Source: Spirochaetia bacterium (GTDB lineage: Bacteria > Spirochaetota > Spirochaetia > DSM-2461). Taken from it: DNA of 64,000 nt. How positions within the stretch are numbered: position 1 is the stretch's first letter; each line of letters starts with the position of its first letter. The position numbers and the translations under genes are program-made. Shown piece after piece: positions 30,501 through 37,334 of this stretch. Location of the stretch: the NCBI GenBank assembly GCA_963668315.1, contig OY764216.1:5536001-5600000 (forward strand). The letters run 5' to 3'. The notes under the pieces were generated by a model. The model was given only the letters and a program-made list of their open reading frames with translations. It did not search any database and had not been told where the DNA came from.

Positions 30501-33500
30501 AGATTTCGGCCAGACGCTCCGCGCGGGTTTCCGACTGGGGCGAAGACGCCTTTCGTGGTTCCTTTTACTTGCCTAAGGTCTACCCAGTTGCCGACATGGT
30601 GATCCCCCTTCCGCAATCGGAGTTCGTGTTTGGAGTTCGCCCAGCGAATCGCTTCCATGAGCTTGTCGAACGAGAAACGTACAGAGTTGTCGAGCAAGCT
30701 CACCGGGCGTCGAAATCGGATCTGGAAGGCTCAATCTACAATCTCAAGCAACAGATCGAAACGGTCCGCCAGTTGACCGAGTTGGGCCCTCGGCATTCAG
30801 AACATCTGCTCGGCCTGCTCCAAACGGCGGTTGGCGAGGCGATGGGCAGGCAACAGGCCGAAGAGCGACGGCAACGGAGCCAATCGGAGAGGATCGCTGC
30901 TGCCCGCGATCGCGAGCAAAAACTCCTAGAAAGCCTCCAAAAGGCGGACAAGGTCCGCCAGCTCATGAACCGCTTCGATTCGCTTATGGCTGAAAGCAGG
31001 TATCGCTTCGCCGAAGAACCCGCGATCGAGATGGGGACGGATTCGGGCATAGGCGTACCGGCTGGAATTGCCCGCACGCTGCAAAGTCGTACGATCGAGG
31101 AGTTGAACCGCGAGATGGTGTTGCGGTTTGAACGTCAGAAAGGGGTTGTCGACCGGCTCTACATCACAGAACTCGCTCACGTGCCGTTTCCCGACGAGCC
31201 GCCAATCCTCTATCCGCCCGCCGAGGTTTGGAGGGAACTGACTGAGCGCCGCCGAGAAGGCTACCTTTCGATGGACTTGGCCAGTCCGTTTTCGTCCGAA
31301 CGGCAAATCCGGGCCGCGCTGGCCGAAAAGACGTTCGTTGATTTTGACGCGGAGCCGCTGCGCGGGGTGGTTCGATTCTGGGAGGATTATCACGATATCA
31401 GGATCAAGATCGCGGAGGATTGTCTGCGCCGAGCCGGGATTAGTCCGGATGCGAAGATAAGCAAGCATATCGAAGGGATTTCGCTGCGTTCCGCAATGCG
31501 TCTGGTCCTCGGCGACCTGGATTTGACGTATGTACAGGGCAACGGCGGCCTGATTATTATGCCCACACGGGACGCCTGGTGTTTTCAACACCGCGTGCGG
31601 CGTTCCTCGTTCGGTCCGCCGGCCATTCACAATCTCCTGGCCTACGCCCCGGGGGTGCAGACGACTGCGGCCGACGTGCTGGCTGTGGTCGATGCTGAGG
31701 CGGCCTTGGAAGACAAACCGACTGTCGGTCGAATTGATAAGCGGGCCCGGCAGCTCATCGAGAGTGCCCGACGTGACGGCTGGCAGCGGCTCGTCGGCGG
31801 TGAAAACGCAGAGCGCGAGGTGAGTGTCGTCTACGACGGCGAGGGCCATTTCCGGATCGACACCGAGACCGCCCTGGGCCTCAAGGAGACCATTTCGTGT
31901 GATGGCCAGAATCTCTGGCATCAGTATCCGGAACTCGGCGTGGGGACGCGGCGTCCCACGTGCCGCTTCTACGGAAACGCGGCCCGGGCTCTGGTTCCAT
32001 GGCTGCTGCCCAGTCCGGAAGAACTTGCACTCGGCGCGGACGTGACCGCAATCGACGACCGGACGGTGGCTATCACTGCCCACAGGGCAGGGGAAGACCA
32101 GGGGGCGGCCATGCAACTCCGCCTACTGTTTGCCAGCGATGGCCGCCTGTGCGAACGGCAACTGCTGGAAGCCGACTCGGAAAAGGTCCTGTGGCGTGAG
32201 ACCTACGATGCCGAGGGCACGGTGCGACTCGTGGACGGCGACGGAAAGGAGCGGTTCAGCAGGAGGATCGTCACCGAGCCGTGCGACGCCCCCGAACTGA
32301 CGCCCGATCCATCGCTCGTTGTTCTCGCCATGCCCTGGCGGACCCGCGAACACGTATTCGCTTCCCGCGGGCTTACGGACGACGGCGCCCGGAAAGAATG
32401 GAGCGACGAGGACGCCCTGGCTGTTCTGGCAGCCGAAACGGCCACGCGAGCCGAGTCGATCCTCTCCACGATCGGCTGGCACTTCTTCGCCAAGGGCGAC
32501 CGCCGTCCCGGCTTCTACACGCTCCTTCTGGCCTCCGGCGTCGATTGGAAAGCCCCGCCGGATGCTGAACCAAACGACGTTCGCCGGTTGTTCACGCCCC
32601 AGGAATCAACCGCCAAGGAACTGATCGTCGAATATGCCGAGGCCGTCAAGGATGTTGACCCCTTGGCCGGCACGGGGGTCATGGTAGGAATGAGACCGAT
32701 GGGGGGCATGGGGTCGATGACGGATAGCGGCGAGGACGTGAAGGCCGAAGCGTCTTCAGATGCCCGCCGCGAGAAAATCGGTCCGCTGAATGGCAGCGAA
32801 GACGGCTTCCTTCGTCGTCTTGCCGAGTTGCACGATCTCTGGATCAAGTGGCAGGCTTATGCTGCCAAGAAGACAACGGCCCAGGAACTTGCGGACCTCG
32901 AACGAGAAACGGTCCGCCTGCTCAAGCTGGATGCGAGAAGTCCCGTTATCATGAGTGCCCTTGCTGCCGTGAATCAGAACGCCGGCCGGCAATCACTGGT
33001 CCGCATCGGCGACGAACTGAAAGCCCCGTTTCGCGAGCACGGTCCGGCAATGTTCTCCTGGCGTCTGCTTCATGCTGAGGCTGTGGTCCAAACGGGAGAG
33101 GCTGCCCGCGGGCGTCAACTCTTCACGGCCCTGGTCGACGACATGGTCGCCGCCGGGGTGGTCCCACTGATTTCGAGCCGGATGAAGGAGACCTTCTTCC
33201 CCGACTTCGACTCCCGGAATGCCTGGCAAGGAGTCGTCGATCGGCTGACGGACGAAGCTTTGACAAACATGTCGGCAACGGCAGGTTTGCCCCTTGCGTT
33301 GCGGCTCTACCAACTGGACGCTCGCGACGAGGCCGAACGCATCTTTGCCAAGGCAACGACCTCGATCAGCCCGGACGATCCGGGGCCCGGAACCCTGGCC
33401 TGCGTGGCTTACCTGTGGCAAACGGACCAACGGCATCGGGCCGATCGAATGCTTACCGGGCTGCTGGCAGACGAGCGTTATCGAGGCATGCCGATCTTGT

Positions 33501-34066
33501 GGCGTCTGGCCAGCGAGTTTGCCCAACGACAAAACCTGCCCCGACGAGCGGCCCAGTGTCTGGATCGAGCCTTGGAAATCGAGTTTGCTCAACTTCCCGA
33601 CGAGATCGATCCATCGGCCATTGAATCGGACTATGCGAAGCTGCTCACCTTCTTCGACTGGGCGGCGGCGGACGGGCTGCGATCGGATCCGCAGGCTCAA
33701 GCCAGTGAGATCTCGCAGATCGTGGCGGCCGCCGACCGTTGGCGGAAATTGGACCCCGAGTCCCAGGTCGTTTACTGTCTGGCCGGCCGCACGTTGGCTC
33801 GTTGCGGAGCCCTGGATCTTGCCTGGGACTACGTCGTCTCGCCGCTCGCGAAGGAAGGAACCTCCATCGACTGGATGCAGGAGGGCGACGAATATCGCAA
33901 GAAAGGCCAGCCCGAACTGGCCGTCCGAGCCTACGACCTCGCGGCCGTCGCCGATCCGGCCAACGGCGAGCTCTGCTGGAAGCGCGCCCTGGCCCTCGCC
34001 GAAGCCGGGCGCCACGCGGAAATCCGGGAAATCCGGGAAATCCGGGGACACAATACGAGTTATTGA
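27572..34066 (+). CDS. Large anti-sigma-type protein: TM-FecR-VIT-vWA-secretin-like/STN-TPR; native C-terminus replaced by inserted element
   Basis: LPDGSVLYLN, SLGTKFNV (FecR); ARTTIDQTYFN, LEGTFFFPLP, DPALLEW (VIT); VMSPFTSLLVLE; TPRs; ends in element-derived EIREIREIRGHNTSY. Confidence 0.85.
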   Translation: MSEHGDRKSVGETNVQRLLSEAYRPEQPDSAFAERVTRAMLAEAERRQNTTTAPRTRLVWHGAVWVTAAVLLIALGAGLGHYFSRPELPGGDSPIRFAEGGTDAAPSPHLAASWPVATALSPRPRAEAPPTPKLAVGDSARTGPTERRRVELPDGSVLYLNRDTSLTLTSSRHIQLDQGEIYLEVASRHEADTEDEANRFVVMTADREVVSLGTKFNVRAEGRGTSVAVTQGKVQVSGVDGPLQAGQQVLETGAEPVPIGQAFHLIDWTRDLVAASQSPLVPASNYAGGALVARRPGGDEASLSMRRYKVDVHIEDGFARTTIDQTYFNHESWRLEGTFFFPLPPDASLSRLAMYVGGKLMEGGMAEREHARKTFESIVRKQKDPALLEWIDGSTFRMRVFPLEPRQEKRIVLSYTQRLERLGDRVEYRFPGGHSMAKVGQWSCHVRAKDREGCRWEADSYDFHAGREEQDLLLDATAEDVSPDRNVVLRFWDRTSENKRADAGPQFVSAEHEGQRYLALRYPFQPGGGRKMRRDWVFLYETSADRDPVLARVQVDVIKTLLENAERDDTFTILAASSRIRAMSEVPLPVRPKNVRRAIEFLEKSQLVGALDLEKAFGAAAAAARDVENPCVVHLGSGYPRLGEEDQVALARLLPEKSTYVGVAVGNRWNRALMKRLAGDSGGYLTQINPNEPVAWRAIELASRLNAPRLTNVRVVDNREKLHFLNMSDVVCEGEELLAVARMDAGAKLPKWVDVTGRMDGEPYTERVPVGQVSEGAEYLPRTWSKLEIDRLVAEDALAHHDEIVNLSMAMYVMSPFTSLLVLENDAMYEQYHVDRGRKDHWALYPCPETIEVVHEPLPSSPPAPPKPAVAGPSVEEVLATILLRHGRSWLDVASIGGEGERGKINANTVTWDIPNAWEWGFWDVDHDGDVTVGLSGPGMFSADLDIPFTGYEWQDVPQGITLPGTADSDGLFSVFEISARRSARVSDWGEDAFRGSFYLPKVYPVADMVIPLPQSEFVFGVRPANRFHELVERETYRVVEQAHRASKSDLEGSIYNLKQQIETVRQLTELGPRHSEHLLGLLQTAVGEAMGRQQAEERRQRSQSERIAAARDREQKLLESLQKADKVRQLMNRFDSLMAESRYRFAEEPAIEMGTDSGIGVPAGIARTLQSRTIEELNREMVLRFERQKGVVDRLYITELAHVPFPDEPPILYPPAEVWRELTERRREGYLSMDLASPFSSERQIRAALAEKTFVDFDAEPLRGVVRFWEDYHDIRIKIAEDCLRRAGISPDAKISKHIEGISLRSAMRLVLGDLDLTYVQGNGGLIIMPTRDAWCFQHRVRRSSFGPPAIHNLLAYAPGVQTTAADVLAVVDAEAALEDKPTVGRIDKRARQLIESARRDGWQRLVGGENAEREVSVVYDGEGHFRIDTETALGLKETISCDGQNLWHQYPELGVGTRRPTCRFYGNAARALVPWLLPSPEELALGADVTAIDDRTVAITAHRAGEDQGAAMQLRLLFASDGRLCERQLLEADSEKVLWRETYDAEGTVRLVDGDGKERFSRRIVTEPCDAPELTPDPSLVVLAMPWRTREHVFASRGLTDDGARKEWSDEDALAVLAAETATRAESILSTIGWHFFAKGDRRPGFYTLLLASGVDWKAPPDAEPNDVRRLFTPQESTAKELIVEYAEAVKDVDPLAGTGVMVGMRPMGGMGSMTDSGEDVKAEASSDARREKIGPLNGSEDGFLRRLAELHDLWIKWQAYAAKKTTAQELADLERETVRLLKLDARSPVIMSALAAVNQNAGRQSLVRIGDELKAPFREHGPAMFSWRLLHAEAVVQTGEAARGRQLFTALVDDMVAAGVVPLISSRMKETFFPDFDSRNAWQGVVDRLTDEALTNMSATAGLPLALRLYQLDARDEAERIFAKATTSISPDDPGPGTLACVAYLWQTDQRHRADRMLTGLLADERYRGMPILWRLASEFAQRQNLPRRAAQCLDRALEIEFAQLPDEIDPSAIESDYAKLLTFFDWAAADGLRSDPQAQASEISQIVAAADRWRKLDPESQVVYCLAGRTLARCGALDLAWDYVVSPLAKEGTSIDWMQEGDEYRKKGQPELAVRAYDLAAVADPANGELCWKRALALAEAGRHAEIREIREIRGHNTSY

Positions 34067-34219
34067 CGCACTGCAAACGCGTCGGTAGAGTTGCGTCCAC
34101 GGCGAGGTTTGCGCGAGTCGTTTGTCGAGTGACTTAAGCAACTCCTCGCCCGTGTGCGGAAACCGCAGAAAGGCGGTTGCCCACGAAAGCAATAAAACTC
34201 GTAATGTGTCCCCGGATTA
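34038..34219 (+). mobile_element. 182-bp non-autonomous element, copy 1 (deleted Y1/RAYT-like transposase derivative)
   Basis: Inverted ends AATCCGGGGACACAATACGAGTT / AACTCGTAATGTGTCCCCGGATT; homologous to 36703-36884. Confidence 0.8.
34063..34091 (+). promoter_or_regulatory. Sigma70-like promoter inside element copy 1
   Basis: TTGACG-N17-TAGAGT, conserved in copy 3 (36728-36756). Confidence 0.6.
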
Positions 34220-34227
34220 AGCCAGCA

Positions 34228-34632
34228 ATGATACGCGACTGCCTCATTCCCGCAATGAAACGCGAGTTCTCTGGTTGGGAGGTTGCGTTTGACGTGCCAC
34301 CGCAGCCGATTGCTGCTTTCGCAGCCGCTCAGCCTTCCGTCGGCAGAGTTCTTGTTTACGACGATGGCGATGAGGCGACGGTCTTGATCGAGAACGTGAC
34401 GCATGGTCACTTCAATTCTTATGACGAGAAGCTCTCGGATGCCCAGCGAGACGAGATGGTGACTGAGGATGTCATTGATTTTCTCAAGGCTCTATTCAGC
34501 GACCGGGTCCTACTGCATTGCAGCCCAGACAAGCACGGAGATGGATGGACGAGATTGGATTTGAAAGTCGGACCGATTGAGTTGTCACCGTCCTTTCAGT
34601 ATTTTCTATGGTCACGACCTTATCAGGCATGA
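34228..34632 (+). CDS. Hypothetical cargo protein (134 aa)
   Basis: ATG within 10 nt of the element end; globular-looking sequence; no family recognised. Confidence 0.65.
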   Translation: MIRDCLIPAMKREFSGWEVAFDVPPQPIAAFAAAQPSVGRVLVYDDGDEATVLIENVTHGHFNSYDEKLSDAQRDEMVTEDVIDFLKALFSDRVLLHCSPDKHGDGWTRLDLKVGPIELSPSFQYFLWSRPYQA

Positions 34633-34692
34633 CGAAGAGGGCTAACAAGACGCGGGTGGGACTGGCCCTGCACAACGGCGACCACCAACCGG

Positions 34693-34821
34693 CGTGTGCC
34701 ACTTGCTTGCCAAGCAGTGCTGTGCCATCGACGACGTGGACCGATCGGAATAGGAGTTGACGCATCGGGCGGAAGAGCTTGTTGAGGGAAACACCTTTCA
34801 ACAAGTGGACAGTGGCACACG
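34693..34821. repeat. Degenerate REP doublet
   Basis: CGTGTGCCACT ... AGTGGCACACG inverted ends; related to 61922-61948. Confidence 0.55.
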
Positions 34822-34935
34822 GGTCTGATATATCACGAGTTGGCGGGGTCACTCGCCCCGCTCGACTTGTGGGTGACGCACGCGTCTGATAGGGTAGACT
34901 TCGACACGTGTGGAAGCACCGGTGCCATGCTGGGC

Positions 34936-35804
34936 GTCCTGGCGGGCAGAAGGGAGGCATTGAGCGAAATAGGGACTTGGTTGGCGACGGAGCCCGATCC
35001 AAACGCGAAACGGGAAGACATGCGACCCATCGCCTGTCGGATGAAGCAGACATTCACTCCGGAGGAAAAGGAGCTCGCCCGACAGATTGTCGTGGCAATG
35101 CAGGGTGGTGAAGATGCCTCGATTGCGCAACAAGTCGGGGACAAGGGCGACGTTGACGTGGCGGAACCGGCCGGACACAAGACAGGCCTGGCGAACCTCA
35201 AAAAGATCCCCAGGCATTCCGGAGCTACCACGACACCTACCACAGCTTTCCCATGGCGGTTCAGATTGGGCCCAAGAACGTGCCTCACAGTTGGCGTGTG
35301 ACCCTTCTTCCTCAACTGGGATACAAGAAGTTGCACAGCGTCTACCGGCAGGACGAGCCCTGGGATAGTGAGCACAACAACACCGTTCTGACTCAAATGC
35401 CAGACGTCTATCGTAGCGAGGGCGACGAGGTAAATTCGACGAACTCGTCATACTTCGTCTTCACGGGCGAAGAATCGGTGTTTCCAAGCGATAGGGCCTG
35501 TTCCTATGCCAATATTATGGATGGTTCGGACAGCACTCTCCTGGTCGTGGAATCCAAACGCGATGTGCCGTGGACCAAGCCGGAAGATATTGCCTACGAC
35601 GCGAAGGACGCCCTGTCAACAATCGGGGGCTGGCATCCTGACGGATTCGATGCCGTCACATGCGCAGGAGACCTCCAGTTCTTCCCTCTCGATTTCGACA
35701 AGACGAGTTTGAAGTACTTGATTATGCGCAAGGACTGTCATTTGATTCAAATGCCGCAGCCCTACGTGCGGGAGAATGACGCCCGAAGCGGCAGAAGGCG
35801 GTGA
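34936..35804 (+). pseudogene. Frameshifted DUF1559-domain gene fragment
   Basis: NLKKI in one frame continues as QAFRSYHDTYHSFP...HSWRVTLLP...DEPWDSEHN...DGSDST...PWTKPED in another; shift near 35208; 5' limit uncertain. Confidence 0.75.
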
Positions 35805-35837
35805 GTCGTCCGCAGTGAGGCGAGGGTGGTGGACCTG

Positions 35838-35960
35838 CGTCGTTCGTCGAGCGACTGGAGCGACTTTTCGGCCGCGTGCTGAAACCGCAGCAAGGGGGAC
35901 GCCCAAGAAGGCAACATAACCCGTATTGTGTCCCTAGATTTGCTAGATTTGTCCCGGAGT
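35838..35960 (+). mobile_element. Element copy 2 (right half only)
   Basis: GTCGTTCGTCGAG...CTGAAACCGCAG...CAACATAACCCGTATTGTGTCCCTAGATTT followed by a CTAGATTTG duplication. Confidence 0.75.
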
Positions 35961-36024
35961 TAACAGCAGGTCAAGAAGCTCTCTTGCAGCGGTCTTCGCC
36001 GTGAGCGAAGTAGGAAGGATTCGT

Positions 36025-36549
36025 ATGATGCAGTTACGGCGACTTCGGTGGCTGGTTGCCTTATTGAGTGTCGTTTTTCTAACGATCCTCCTCGTCTTAT
36101 TCTTATTTGCACGACACCCCCGTCAAGTGCTGTTGTCAGATGTTCAACGGTCCAGAAAGATCATTGTCAACTGGCATCAGCTACAACTAAACGCTAATGG
36201 CGAGTGTCACGATGTTGCATTCGAGTTGAATACATCAGACAGAGCACGCTTCGTTCGGGAACTGACAGAGAACCTCGACTTGGACTATTTCAGACTACAG
36301 GCGACTATTGTTCCAATCATCGGAGTTTACCTAGTTGACGAAAATGACAAGTTCATAGGATACTATGTGATCCGACGTGCTCGGGGTGGTCGTGAATGTC
36401 CTTCGATGGTGTTATTGCGCCGCACAGCATCAAGAGGCCGTGCACTTACACAGGTCGAGATGGATGAACTCTACAATGACAACCTTCGCACAAAATGGCC
36501 TCGTGTTCTTCCCTGTGATTTCGATTACGTATTACCAGCCTCAGATTGA
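36025..36549 (+). CDS. AT-richer membrane-anchored hypothetical cargo protein
   Basis: N-terminal TM (WLVALLSVVFLTILLVLFLF); codon usage visibly unlike the flanking genes. Confidence 0.65.
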   Translation: MMQLRRLRWLVALLSVVFLTILLVLFLFARHPRQVLLSDVQRSRKIIVNWHQLQLNANGECHDVAFELNTSDRARFVRELTENLDLDYFRLQATIVPIIGVYLVDENDKFIGYYVIRRARGGRECPSMVLLRRTASRGRALTQVEMDELYNDNLRTKWPRVLPCDFDYVLPASD

Positions 36550-36702
36550 GCGGGGAGCGGGAGAAGAATAAAGGGGTCGGGGAAAGCGCCGGGATAAGCC
36601 GGACTGGACATCATCGCCGTGATCTTCGAGGCCGGCGTCTGGTACTACGACAACAACGGGGCGGCTGGTGGCACTGGGCAACCGGAGTGAGTACACTACA
36701 TC

Positions 36703-36884
36703 AAATCCTGGGACACAATACGAGTTGTTGACGCACTGCAAACGCTTCGGTAGAGTTGCGCCCACGGCAAGGTTCGCACGAGTCGTTCGTCGAGCAACTG
36801 GAACAGCTCCTCGCCCTTGTGCTGAAACCGCAGAAAGGCGGTCGCCCAAGGAGGCAACATAACCCGTAATGTGTTCCCGGATTT
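36703..36884 (+). mobile_element. 182-bp non-autonomous element, copy 3
   Basis: AAATCCTGGGACACAATACGAGTT ... AACCCGTAATGTGTTCCCGGATTT; colinear with copy 1. Confidence 0.8.
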
Positions 36885-37190
36885 GTCCATGTGTTCGACG
36901 GTCTCCCGAAGATTCTGAAGCACCCATTCTCGGTTCATATTGCGTTCCTCTTCCTCCTCGTCGAGCAGGAACTCGAAGAACTCCGCGTAGCGCGGCCAGG
37001 TGTCCGGCGTTCCCAACATCTTGCTGCTATCGTCGAGGCGAGGAACGTCATAGTTGTCACACCAAATGACGCCTTCGGACTCGACATCAAGGACAATCAG
37101 GCTTTCAGATGGCTGCGCCAACACGATGAAGCGATGCGGCAGGTCAATCGCTGATCGGAGACGCAACGTCTCGTTCACAATGTTCGCGGT
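36885..37190 (-). pseudogene. SMI1/KNR4 (SUKH)-like immunity gene remnant
   Basis: LRLRSAIDLPHRFIVL...LIVLD...WPRYAEFFEFLL resembles a SUKH C-terminal half; N-terminal half missing (in-frame TGA just upstream); 3' end runs into element copy 3. Confidence 0.55.
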
Positions 37191-37246
37191 CGGTCAGTGA
37201 CATCCGCCCTGTAGTGGCAGTGAGACGCACACCCTCTTGTGGCAAA

Positions 37247-37316
37247 GCCACCCCGACGATTTTCCGGCATTGTCAACCGAGATGGGAGGCCGGATGCGGA
37301 AAATCATCGGGGCTAC
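37247..37316. repeat. GTAG-type REP-like hairpin
   Basis: CCCCGACGATTTTCCG ... CGGAAAATCATCGGGG arms ending in CTAC. Confidence 0.6.
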
Positions 37317-37334
37317 CCGCTACCCGATTTTGTC

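Noticed and set aside
34018..37316. Classical integron or diversity-generating retroelement
   Set aside because: No tyrosine integrase or reverse transcriptase, no complete attC sites, and copy differences are not adenine-specific
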